The notes under the pieces are model-generated. The model saw only the letters and a program-made list of their open reading frames with translations. It was not told the origin of the DNA and did no database searches. A DNA stretch of 63,995 nt, the filler included, from Octopus bimaculoides (taxonomy: Eukaryota): assembly GCF_001194135.2 (NCBI RefSeq). It is 6 parts of 6 records of this genome, joined end to end, with 100 filler letters (N's around TTAATTAATTAA, not from the genome) between each part and the next. Parts side by side here need not be neighbours in the genome. Positions count along the whole stretch, not along the records: positions 1 to 18,914 come from NC_068989.1; 5 more parts are not named here. One strand, written 5' to 3'. Positions 1-11,070 of the stretch are shown here, one piece after another. Positions within the stretch are counted from its first letter, which is position 1. Each line of letters opens with the position of its first letter. Both the position numbers and the translations under genes were made by a program.

Positions 1-32
<32 letters not shown>

Positions 33-157
33 ATATAATACATATACTTGTACATATGTCTGTGTTATTTGATGTGTTCACTTGTTTTCAATAAAAGAAT
101 ACACACACATACACACACAACGTAAGTATACATACGTAATATGTCTGTATGTTGTCT

Positions 158-621
158 TTTATCTTTTACTTGTTTCAGTCACTGGACTGCAGCCATGCTG
201 GAGTACCGCCTTGATTGGCTTAGTTGAACAAATCAACCCTAGTACTTATTATTTTAAAGCCTCATACTTATTCTATCCATCCCTTTTGCCGAACCACCTC
301 TTCATTACATAGTCATAAACAAACCAGCACTGGTTGTCAAGCGGCGTGTATGTGTGTGGAGACACACACACACATATGCTCACACACACACACACACACA
401 CACGTTTTTTATTTACATACACACAGACGCACATGACGGTCTTTTTTCAGTTTTCGTCGACCGAATCCACTCACAAGGTTTTGGTCGATCCTGGGCTACA
501 GTAGAAGATATGTTACCCAAGGTTCCACGCCTTGGTTAACAAGATGCCCGAATTGTACAAGGTGTGTGGAAACCAGAACCATGTGCTTGGGAAGTAAACT
601 TCTTACCTCACAGCTGCGCCT
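158..621 (-). mobile_element. tRNA-derived SINE, working family B, near full length
   Basis: Matches other copies in the window (10630-11070, 18120-18480, 57060-57337, 57980-58378) at motifs such as GTTTCAGTCA..GGCCATGCTGG and CTCACAAGG..CCCAAGGT. A tRNA-like head lies at the right end on the minus strand. Confidence 0.85.
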
Positions 622-848
622 GTGTTTACTTTTCTCAAAAAGTCCCAAAGCAAAATACATTGTTAGTAGTGTGTGTTGATAGTGCTTCCATAAGTGAAGA
701 TTGTCATTAAAAAAAAAAAAAAAATTACATATCTATCAAAGTAGTAGTGTATATGCACAGAAGTATATATGTACATAAACACAATGTCCTACGAAGAAGA
801 AAGTTCAGTTAGCGAATATGATACACTTGAAAATACTGTCATGTTACG

Positions 849-987
<139 letters not shown>

Positions 988-1310
988 GTCATGTATACGT
1001 ATAAACACGCACCAGTTATTTCATTAAGACATCGTTTAAATTTGATTTACGGTAGGAAACCTGACAGGCTTATGGGAAAATTGCACGAGTTAGAGTGTGT
1101 TTGTATTTATATATGTGTATGTATATATGTCTGTGTGTGTGTGTCTATATATTGCATAGATATGTGTATGTATGTATAATATATAGATAGATACGTATAT
1201 ATATATATATATGTGTGTGTATGTATTGCATAGATGTGTATGTATGTATATATTATATATAGATAAATATGTATATNNNNNNNNNNATGTATAATATATA
1301 GATAGATACG

Positions 1311-1347
<37 letters not shown>

Positions 1348-1906
1348 AAAAGTGTGTATGGTGACGTACAGTGTCCCATCCACGAATGAAACAGCGTTCA
1401 AGCACGTTTTATAGGCGGGGAAACCCGACATACTTCCAAGGGACGAGACATTTCGGTGTGATAACAGCAAGGAATGTCTCTCATCTCAGATGGAGTATGC
1501 GAGGCATCCATGAAATGGAATGCGTACGTGCATGCACACATGTGCATAGGAAGAAGAGGAAGGGTGTCTTGTTTCCATTGATGCAACATGACTGTACGGC
1601 TGGCCTGCTAGCCGGCGGGCAGTTGTGGTGATGCAGCATGTTTACATTGGTGAAGAAATACAAATTCCATCGGCATGACAAAATGCCTGTGATGCCATTC
1701 CGATGTGATTGTGTTTCCGTTAACATTAACTGGGCAGATTATATTTATTGTCTACCAACACCCCTTTTGTTTCTTTCATGATTTTTTTCTTCTTTTGTTT
1801 TCTTTAATCTGTCTGTCAGCTCTATCCAGTTAAATCTCGCAGTCTATCCGTTTATCATTCTATCACAATCTAATCTCTCTCTTTTTTTTTCTGTCTTCTT
1901 GCTTGC

Positions 1907-1907
<1 letters not shown>

Positions 1908-1964
<57 letters not shown>

Positions 1965-1965
1965 G

Positions 1966-2022
<57 letters not shown>

Positions 2023-2088
2023 GTCTCTCTCTCTCTCTATCTATCTTCTCTTCCTCTCTCTATCTCTCTCTCTCCCTCTAGCTCTCTG

Positions 2089-2119
<31 letters not shown>

Positions 2120-2120
2120 A
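1908..2120. repeat. (CTAT)n followed by (CT)n microsatellite
   Basis: Read directly from the sequence. Confidence 0.97.
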
Positions 2121-2193
2121 TGTTTTTTGTTACGATCTCTTTTGATCGAAAATATATCCCCTTTTTTCTCTTTTTTCCCTTCTTTCTCCTCTC

Positions 2194-2255
2194 CCAAAAG
2201 AAAAGCTCTACTTTGTAACTTGTACCCTCTGTGTTCAGCCCTGTGTGGCTAATAA
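2194..2255 (+). mobile_element. retroposon 3' tail fragment
   Basis: AAAAGAAAAGCTCTAC..CCCTCTGTGTTCAGCCCTGTGTGGCTAATAAA is nearly identical to 46500-46565, and both end at a tetranucleotide microsatellite. Confidence 0.7.
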
Positions 2256-2287
2256 ACATATCCATCCATCCATCCATCTATCTATCC

Positions 2288-2366
<79 letters not shown>

Positions 2367-3217
2367 CATTTTTCTATCTAAATTTATATGCTGCTAAATA
2401 CCTATATATATACTAGAAACATTGTTTATGCATAGGTATTAAAATATGTGTGTGTCTAGATACGTGTATGTATATATATATGTATTTGTGTGTGTGAGAG
2501 AAAAATATTAATATTTATTCTTCTAGATTATGTTTCCAATATATTTTGATATTTAAACTGTGCACACATTTTACTTTCATCAACCACAGGATATCAAGCA
2601 TTATTCGTGACATTAGCATTCATATATCATCATGAATGTATTATAGATATGTCTATCTATACATATATATACATGCGTGTATCTATATGTGCACACACAC
2701 ACATACACGCGCGCATTTATAATACGTAACTTGTGATCTATCCATCAACTGTTTATATATTGCAATTGTTATATATATATATATATATAGCAGTATGCAC
2801 GTACGATGCAGTAAAACCATTGATTGGCTTCTTGCACTATTCTGAGCGCATTCTTCCAATAAAGTTAACGTTCCTCTACGTTTGTGCACGCGCACACATA
2901 CACACTCGCGCGCGCCTTGTCCCTTTCTTTTATTCTTTATAACTTTCAAATTTGGGTGTCGACCTCTCCCCTCTCTTTTCCTTCTCTCTCAAATTTTGTT
3001 TGTGGTTATTTGTTTCTTTTGCAGTCTTCCATAATCCAGGGGCTAGCTTTTCACAGTCTCTCCACGGCCCTAACCCCAAACTCCATCCATTACAACGATT
3101 TTGTGTACTTGTCAATATTATTGGAATTTCCGTTAGACCCTTTTGAACAAATACATGCCAGCTATAGCCTCCTGTCCATTATTTCAGACCTTATATATTT
3201 AAATCTATATTATCCCA

Positions 3218-3337
3218 GGTAAATTTTCAGATTAACACCCACACGATTTTCACTAGGGTGTTAGGGTTAGTTTTAGGGTTACGGTTAGGGTTACAGAATT
3301 CCGTCCCTAACCTTAACCGTAATCGTAACCCTAAATC

Positions 3338-3369
<32 letters not shown>

Positions 3370-3428
3370 CTAACCCTAACCCTAAAACCCTAGTGAAAAT
3401 CGTGCGGGTGTTAATCTGAAAATTTACC
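3218..3428. mobile_element. MITE with GG termini, 8-bp TSD and internal inverted telomeric repeats (Merlin-like, or MULE)
   Basis: TIRs match at 51/53 nt starting GGTAAATTTTCAGATTAACACCC. Exact TSD TTATCCCA at 3210-3217 and 3429-3436. TTAGGG units lie on the left arm and CCCTAA units on the right. Confidence 0.9.
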
Positions 3429-3529
3429 TTATCCCATGTATTATTCCCTTTTTAACGACATAAAATTTGTGCGATTCTCAAGAAGACATTAAACTGCTAT
3501 TTCTAGCGATTTTAGTGACTTATTTAAGG

Positions 3530-3686
3530 TAGTGGTTCTCAACCTTTTTAATCCAGATCCAAAACCTGGTTTTTTTTTTAGGGGCTGCACCAAAAGAAGT
3601 AAAAACACAAGGGAAAGAAATTTTTTTATCAATAAAGACCGTCGAGGGCCGCACGTGGCCCTGGGAGCCGCTGTTGAGAACCGTTG
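3530..3686. mobile_element. hAT (Charlie-like) MITE
   Basis: TAGTGGTTCTCAAC ... GTTGAGAACCGTTG termini and a subterminal GGGCCGCACGTGGCCC palindrome. No TSD recognised. Confidence 0.7.
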
Positions 3687-4469
3687 ACTTGGCCTTCCAC
3701 ATTGGTGTATGTTTATATGTTGATATATGTTGTCAGTCTTGTAATAAAACTTGCGTTAATGCAGCATCCTTTTAACGGTCCCTATCTGTGAGCCCCTGTA
3801 CAATCACTCTACCCCCCCCCCCCAAAAAAAAAAACAGGCGCAAGTATAACACTCCCAGAGGCCTTTCTACAACAGCATCATAAGGCTGTCCAACCAAGTT
3901 AGTTAAAAAAAAGTAACTACTAGTGGTTGTGGATGTAGTATTGAGGATGATGGCGGCGGTGGTGGTAGCGGTGATTGCAGTGGTGGTGGCAGTGATTGTG
4001 GTGGTAGGGGTGGTGGCGGTGATAGTGTTGATGGTGAAAGAAGCTTCCTGGGAACAATAATAGCGTAGCACATTAATCATCTTTTTGTTGTGACACATTA
4101 ACGCGCATGCATATACGCACACACGCACACACATGGACTCGCACATGTTCATATAGCGAGACATAGTGACACATACACTCCAACGCGTATAATCTATAAT
4201 TCACACATGCACATTATCATAGACACGTACAGTCACGCACAATGCACAACACAACACATACACCCACCCACACACTCCGAATGACAATAAAATTTAAATG
4301 AACAATTGTTGAAAGTTCAAATGTGTCAAAACATTTCAACTTTTGTCAAAATTAAACGATATATTAAAAATAAATGAATTTGTGTCCCTATTTTCATCTG
4401 TTTGGAAAAAACAAAATGGATTTCTCGACTAGGACGAGTGAAAGAAGCCTGTCCTATTTACGTTGACCT

Positions 4470-4612
4470 CAGTGTGCAACTGGTATTTATTTTGTCCACA
4501 CTAAAAAGCGAAGCCAACTTCGATGGAATTTGAAACCATAGTCTGAAGGCTGACGAAATATTGCTAAGTATTTTACTTGACATGCTAACAGTTCTGCCAG
4601 CTCGCCACCTTG
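4470..4612 (-). mobile_element. tRNA-derived SINE family A, decayed
   Basis: Contains GGAATTTGAA and ends in TTCTGCCAGCTCGCC, the reverse complement of the family A head. Confidence 0.75.
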
Positions 4613-4679
4613 GTCTGCCTAATAATAATAATAATAGTAATAATAATAAAAAACAAAAAAAAAAACAACTGAGTAAAAA

Positions 4680-4884
4680 TCTTGAAGTACGTGGAACAAA
4701 TAGGGGCTGCAATAAGGGTAGAGCCCTTGTAGAAAATAGCACTGCTTGGAACTGCTCAAATATTCCGGATGGTGCTCGAAAAATAAGGGGTGTTACCTTA
4801 GTTCACTGGTTGTGAACAGCTGACACTGTAGTACATCTCCAGTGTTAGAAGCTGTGCAAAGACAATAATAATAATAATAATAAT
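4680..4884 (+). mobile_element. R4/Dong-type LINE 3' end with (AAT)n tail
   Basis: Encodes KIALLGTAQIFRMVLEK*, the same C-terminal motif as the copies at 33.8-37.4 kb. It is flanked by (AAT)n on both sides. Confidence 0.7.
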
Positions 4885-5140
4885 CCTTTCTACTATAGGC
4901 ACAAGGTCTGAAATTTAGGGGAAGGGGGATAGTTGATTACATCAACCCCAGTATTTGGCTGGTATTTAATTTATCAACCTGAAAGGATGAAAGGCAAAGT
5001 CAACTTCAGCGGAATTTGAACTCAGAACATAGAGGCAGATAAAATACCGCTGAGCATATTGTCCAGCAATGTTTAGTGGTATTTTGTCAGTCTTTATGTT
5101 CTGAGTTCAAATTCTGCTGAAATTGCTGGCCTTGTGCCAA
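4885..5140. mobile_element. two family A SINE fragments head-to-head (minus 4885-5070, plus 5072-5140)
   Basis: GGAATTTGAACTCAGAAC is followed by its reverse complement GTTCTGAGTTCAAATTC. Confidence 0.8.
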
Positions 5141-5957
5141 AATTATTATTATATTTACCACAAAGACAGCTGATGAAGGAGATGTTACAGAGAAGAGAAA
5201 ATGAAAATGATGAAGCTTATGCAAAAATCGTTTATGAAGAAAACAAGCAACAAATTAATAAATGTCAGGCATGGAATTCATAAGGCAATCCATTTAGTAT
5301 TCTAACAGTAGGGAAGGCCAGTTAAAGAACCCTACAGATTCAGGATTACTCTGATTTCAAAGTACTCTCTCCAAGTAATCATACCCTGGCCTACACAAAT
5401 AGAGAGTAAACCTATTTATTTGTCTGGGCCATACTTGTCACTCTCACCCAACTTTCAGCAAATTCACTGGAACAGAATACCTCACCTCTCTCTCTCTCCA
5501 ACCTCTTCAACTTCTTCCGTCTCTCCAAGGTCCATCCGAAGAGGCTGATGACATTTTGACCAAAGTGGAAAGTCTCCCTCTCTCATTGAATCCTTTTACT
5601 CTTGTCTACCAAACAATCCCTTTTGCTATTGGCCACCAAATGGGCAAATTTATTTGGTGGACATCCTCATGATGGATTACCAATGGTTGGATTTATCCCA
5701 TATGCAGCAACAGCTTTTTTGATACATTTCCAAAAGTTGGTAATGCTTTGACATTGAGTGATTGCGAAGCAGTATTCTTTATTGTGCACATCTCAGAAAG
5801 GTTGAAGTTCCTACCTTGCTTATGGTGTTTATTCCAAACAGCATCCCATTCTGTATAAATGCCGGAGATGCATTCCTGGACGTTGTCCACAGTGTTCAAG
5901 CTGAAAGACTTCCAGAACTGAATGTTCAGCTGATCTTCATTGATGAAGCCTGATTGC

Positions 5958-6095
5958 TTGACCTGCTAGAAATAGCAGCCTATATATCTCAAGTTTCATG
6001 CTACTATTTTAAAGTAAATGGAGACAGTCATGGTTGGAATGCTTTTAGTCTATATCTGCTTCTCAGGGTTGATCTGGGGTTAAACTAAACACAGG
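5958..6095 (+). mobile_element. short interspersed repeat, working family F
   Basis: GACCTGCTAGAAATAGCAGCC head and TCATGGTTGGAATGC..GATCTGGGGTTAAAC tail, shared with 46985-47220 and 58555-58738. Confidence 0.7.
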
Positions 6096-6682
6096 ACCAG
6101 GCTATTTTGGAAAGAGAAGGGATTGGGGGTTGGGTAGTAAGTCAAAGCCATTGATATTTCGTTCCTTCACTTCAAAATTTAACAAATTCCACACGAGAAA
6201 TTTAAACCCGAGAACATCAAAATATGGCACTAAATAGTGTAACACCTTTAATATTAGCCCCCCCCCCACACCCACCTACCAACTACTTCCCAGGTTGACT
6301 CACAACATGTGGTTAATATGGTCTACATTGTCTCTACAGTCTTGTTCAGTTAGGATGTTGGTGTTGATGATGATGATGATGATGGATGTTAAACATCATT
6401 ATTGATTAGGATGATGACGATGACGACAATGGTGATGACAGTGATGGCGGCAATGATAATAATGATAAATGAAGATATTTGATTAGGATCATGATGATGA
6501 TGATAACGATAATGAGGATGATGATGCTGATATAAATAATGATGAAGGTTGGTGATAATTGATTGTGATGGCAATGGTGGTGGTGGTGGAGAGGAAGTGA
6601 TGATGTTGATGATGATGAAAGTATCAATGTCAGTGGAACCATCTTACCATAAGGGTTCATGTTAGCTCACTCTATCACACGT

Positions 6683-6717
<35 letters not shown>

Positions 6718-8032
6718 AACGCACACAACTCCAGCTAAATTCTCTTTAGATGTGAGTAAATGTTAGCCACCACTGCTGCCACCACCCATTAACCACAACC
6801 ATCTCCTCCACCATCACCATTCCCTATGCTCTCTCAATGCTACTATCATTTCCACCACCACCACCATCATCATCACTACCACTGTTAACATCATCATTAT
6901 CCATATCTTCACCACTGCCACCACAACCACCATCATTTTCGGTCTCTATGAGTTGCTCCAATTCAAATCTAGCTTTCTTCACCATTGTTTTGACATCCCC
7001 TTTTCTATGCCTGCATGGGTCAGACAGTTTTCTCAGGTAGATTTTCTATGGCCAGATGCTTTTCCTGTCACCAACCCTGACTTGAAGTTTAAAGGATACT
7101 GTATTTTCTGGCATACAAGTCGATATACAGCATAGAACATGAAGTGCAAACATTCAAACATTGTCTCTATCTTCCAAATCCTGCTGCTTTTCATATAGAA
7201 TTTTGGTCCTCCAAAGGTCATCTTGGTGTGTAAGTTGACCTACCTTTTTTGGGGTCTGGAAAATGTAAGAGGAAAAACACTTGAGTATAAAACAGTGTAG
7301 TGTCCCACCCATGCCAGCATGGAAGGCGAACGTTAAACGATGATGATGTGTAAATTTGTATTGTTGGACTATGAAATACTTATAGAATACTTAAATTCTT
7401 TCTCCTTTTACTATTTCCTCCCAAACCAACACCACCACTACCCCCCCCCCCACACCTGCACTATCTATCTCTGCTATGATTACTACTACAACTGCTGCTG
7501 CTGCTGCTGCTGTTCTGTGAAGCTGTATGGTATAAAAACTGTTCTCATTTTCTTTGGCAAGGTACACAACTCTGTCTACCTTTAGCAGAGATGAACTTTG
7601 AGAATTCAGTCTGATCCTGTACTGCAGTCGAAGTGAAGTAGTGACAGATATTCATTGACTCACCAAACATTCTCTGTTGGTGAAACAAATAACAGCGAGG
7701 AAGTTGCATAAGCCGTTGCAATGTAGAGCAACTTGTTAGTGTTTCTTTTTCATGCTGTATACCCAGAGGTCAGTTTGGTGGAGTCCAATACATCTAAAAA
7801 GTTAAATACTCCACAGGTGGGACTTGAAGACATCATTACAAGCTTTGGATTTACTCAACTGTTATTTAAGAATTTCAAGAAATTTCAGCATCGACCATTT
7901 TATCTTTTTATTTAAGCATAATTGTACCCACAACTTCATTATCCAATGTGTCGTTTCCCTTTTTGAGATAATAGTGTGTAATTTGAGAGGTTTTAGTGCT
8001 ATTTCTAGCAGGGCGAGTAGCTACATAGAAAA

Positions 8033-8225
8033 GTTGGTTGTGTGGTTAAGAAGTTTTCTTCCCCAACATATGGGTTCAGTCACACTGCATGGTACCTTGG
8101 GCATTATGGCCCTGGGATGACTAAAGCCTTGTGAGTGGATTTGGTAGATGGAGGCCCTGGAGTGACCAAAGCCTTGTGAGTGGATTTGGTAGATGGAAAT
8201 TGAAAGAAGCCCATCTCGTATATAT
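8033..8225 (+). mobile_element. family B SINE 5' part with an internal 45-bp tandem duplication
   Basis: GGCCCTGG....GAC.AAAGCCTTGTGAGTGGATTTGGTAGATGGA occurs twice in tandem. Confidence 0.8.
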
Positions 8226-8289
8226 ATATTGTGTGGTTGTTGTAAATGATTGTCGGTCATATGAGCAGTGTCATTCATTCACAATATTC

Positions 8290-8435
8290 TGCCAAAACAT
8301 GTCTGGCCAGGGGGAAAATATTAGCTTGCTTGGAAAAAGGAGAAGGTTGACAACTAGAAGGGCATCCAGCCATAGGAAATTGTGTTGTCCGTGCAAGACC
8401 CATGGAAAATAAACGTTAAAGTGATTATGAGGTTC
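8290..8435 (+). mobile_element. family D retroposon 3' end (RTE-like tail)
   Basis: AGAAGGGCATCCAGCCATAGGAAA..CATGGAAAATAAACGTTAAA is the reverse complement of the 14660-14790 tail. Confidence 0.65.
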
Positions 8436-9141
8436 TAATTGTTAACTGGTATTGTTAAGTTCAGACATTTGAGGATGACATGTTATCAAGTTAATGACTC
8501 CCAAAGTACAAGATATTCCAGTCATATGAAGAGAGAACATGGCTAAATCAATCGCAGATTCCCTGTGTGTGTGTGTTTTTTATTGTTATTTAGCCTCAGC
8601 TCAGTCTTAATCCAAGATCTCTAACTCAGCAAGTTGCCATTTACTTCCAGGTCAGTCTTTATCCAACATCTCTAACTCAGCAAGATATTTCCCTTGTTCA
8701 GTCTTCATCCAACAGTTCTAGATAAGCAAGTTGCTGTTTAACCCCAGGTCAATCTTGATCGAACGTCTCCAGATCAATGAGTTGACTGTGATCTAATAGA
8801 ACCAGATCAAATGTGTTTCAATAATGTTCATCTCAACTTTTCCAAGGCACTTTATCTATGGTAGTCTTTGAGGCTCACCATTGGACATTAATGAAACACT
8901 ATTTATACAGTATCTCTACCAAATCACCACTGTTAAACTGTTTACAGGTAGATGGACTGAGATACCTGTGACTTATAAAGTTATAGTTGGTTATTCTCAG
9001 GTGGACCCAGAATGAGTAAAAGGCTTCCCAGCAATTGCTATCCTGTCCTTTGTCTAGACTTTGTCCAGTGAGTACGTCTTAACATTTTTTAAGATAGTTG
9101 TGTATGAGTGACGACTTAGCTGCTATTTCCAGCAGATCAGG

Positions 9142-9260
9142 TGGCCCTATAGGCTCTTTCAGGGTTGATAAATTAAGTACCAGTTACGTACTGGGGCTGA
9201 TACATCGACTGGGCCCCTCCCCCAAGATTTCGGGCCTTGTACCTAGAGTAGAAAAGAATA
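9142..9260 (+). mobile_element. family A SINE 3' half
   Basis: GATAAATTAAGTACCAGTTACGTACTGGGG..GGGCCTTGTACCTAGAGTAGAAAAG, also present at 51880-52010. Confidence 0.85.
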
Positions 9261-9368
9261 TATGCTGTATGCTTTATTTCTGTGACAATGGCACTAGTGA
9301 GGTCACCAAGTAAGTTGCAAGACAAAGAAAGGACGAGGAAAGGCCATTTTGACTGAATGAGAGGGTAT

Positions 9369-9408
<40 letters not shown>

Positions 9409-9454
9409 GAGAGAGAGATAGAAAGAGAGAGAGAGAGTTGTGGTTTTGTGCCAG

Positions 9455-9607
9455 TGTTCAAGGCTAAGTATTATAGAGGGACTGGTGTCTTGCTATACAA
9501 GAGATACACGGCTACCCTACATCATGTGACAGTGGGTGGGAGTACCTTGAAAGGTGATAAAGATGGTGCCGGCAGGGTGTCAGAGCATACTCTGAAGGTA
9601 CAAGAAG
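9455..9607 (+). CDS. candidate isolated coding exon, product unknown
   Basis: Acceptor TTTTGTGCCAG and donor AAG|GTGAGT. It is 153 nt, phase 1-1, with an open frame (FKAKYYRGTGVLLYKRY...KVQE). No homology recognised. Confidence 0.2.
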
Positions 9608-10337
9608 GTGAGTACAGGGAAGAATATAACCTGTGGGTCATTTCATAGGAATGTCTGAGGAGAGTGATGAATGGTTAAAGATTGGGCTGGAGATGAATGC
9701 AGTGAGTGACAAAAGAGGGCGAAAGTGTGGTTGATGGGAAATACCAGAATGGCAGTGGGGAGGTGAGATAGATGTGTTAAAGAATTAGATATTTTCACCA
9801 CAGATGCAATGTGGTGGTGGGTTACAGGATTTGAACTGCTGGCCTTTAGCCATCTATGTTCTCAAGAACATCGGCATCGGTGTTCAAACGTGTAGACAAG
9901 CACAGTCTGCTGTACCAAAAGTCTAGTTGGTGGTAGTAGTGCATCCGTTGTAGAGCTGTCTGTCGGTGCTGACTGAAATAGTAACTTTATTGATTCTTCT
10001 GTCACTAGTTGATGTACTACTGCATTTCACACATCAACTTGATGTTGGTGTTGCTGCTGCTGCTGCTGGAGATGGGTAGATAGATGTTAGGTCAGGTCAC
10101 CTTGCTCACTCATGCTAGCCTGTTGCACCCTCCAAATAGTCTGTTGGAACAATAGAAAGAGAAAGAGAGAGAGAGAGAGAAGGCCCATTGACAACAGCCC
10201 AAGTCAGAAATATTGTTTGCAGCCTTTATTTTACTCCAGATCAATCTTGATTGAGCAGAGTTATGATTAAAGATGTTTTTTCAGCTGTGACTCATCCTGT
10301 CTTTTTTTTTTTAATATACCTAGAACTACATCGTCTC

Positions 10338-10612
10338 TTTTATCTTTATCTTTTTAGTTGCTTCAGTTGCTGGACTGTGGCCATGCTGGGGCACTGCCTC
10401 AGAGTTATTTGTACAGATTGATTTCAGTACATATTTTAAAAATCTGGTACTTATTTCATCAATCTTTTTTGTTGAACTGCTAAGTTACAGTGATGTAAAC
10501 AAACCAACACCGGTTCTCAAACCACGTGTTTGTAAAGAGACAAATGCAAAAACACACAGACACACGACAGGCTTCCACACAGTTTCTGCCTACCAAATTC
10601 GCTCACAAGGCA
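10338..10612 (-). mobile_element. family B SINE, 5'-truncated
   Basis: Contains GGCCATGCTGGGGCACTGCC, GTAAACAAACCAACACCGG and CAGTTTCTGCCTACCAAATTCGCTCACAAGGC. Confidence 0.8.
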
Positions 10613-10629
10613 TTATAATATTATAGCCA

Positions 10630-11070
10630 CAATATTTATGGCTATGTGGTTAAGCAGCTTGCTTTGCAACCATGTGGTTTCAGGTTCAGTCCAACTGCAT
10701 GGCACCTTGGGTAAACGTCTTCTTTTACAGCCCCAAACTGACCATTGCCTTGTAAGTGAATTTCATAGAAGCCCTTCATGTACACACACAGAGCGAGAGG
10801 TTTGTGTGTCTTTGGGCCTGTATTTGTCACTACCATCCGTCACTGCTTGACAACTGATGTTGCTTTGTTTACATCATCCTCATAACATAGTGAGTTTTGA
10901 AAAGAGACCAATAGAATTAGTACCAGAATAAATAAAAAAACCAAAAAAAACAAAAAAACAAAAAAAAAAAAACCTCAAACGTACCGGGGTTGGTTTGCTC
11001 CACAAACTCTTGAAAGGCAGTGCTCCAGCATGGCCACATTTCAATGACTGAAATGAGTAAAAGATAAAAA
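10630..11070 (+). mobile_element. family B SINE, near full length
   Basis: tRNA-like head TGGCTATGTGGTTAAG..GGTTCAGTCC and tail GCTCCAGCATGGCC..TGACTGAAATGAGTAAAAG. Confidence 0.85.

Noticed and set aside
3255-3392. True telomere or chromosome-fusion site
   Set aside because: It is short, bounded by non-telomeric TIRs, and flanked by an exact 8-bp TSD, which indicates a transposon insertion.
5340-5965. Possible exon (minus strand VKQSGFINEDQLNIQFWKSF...) or old CR1/L2 remnant
   Set aside because: The apparent acceptor comes from the family F repeat, no protein is recognisable, and the LINE similarity is too weak to call.
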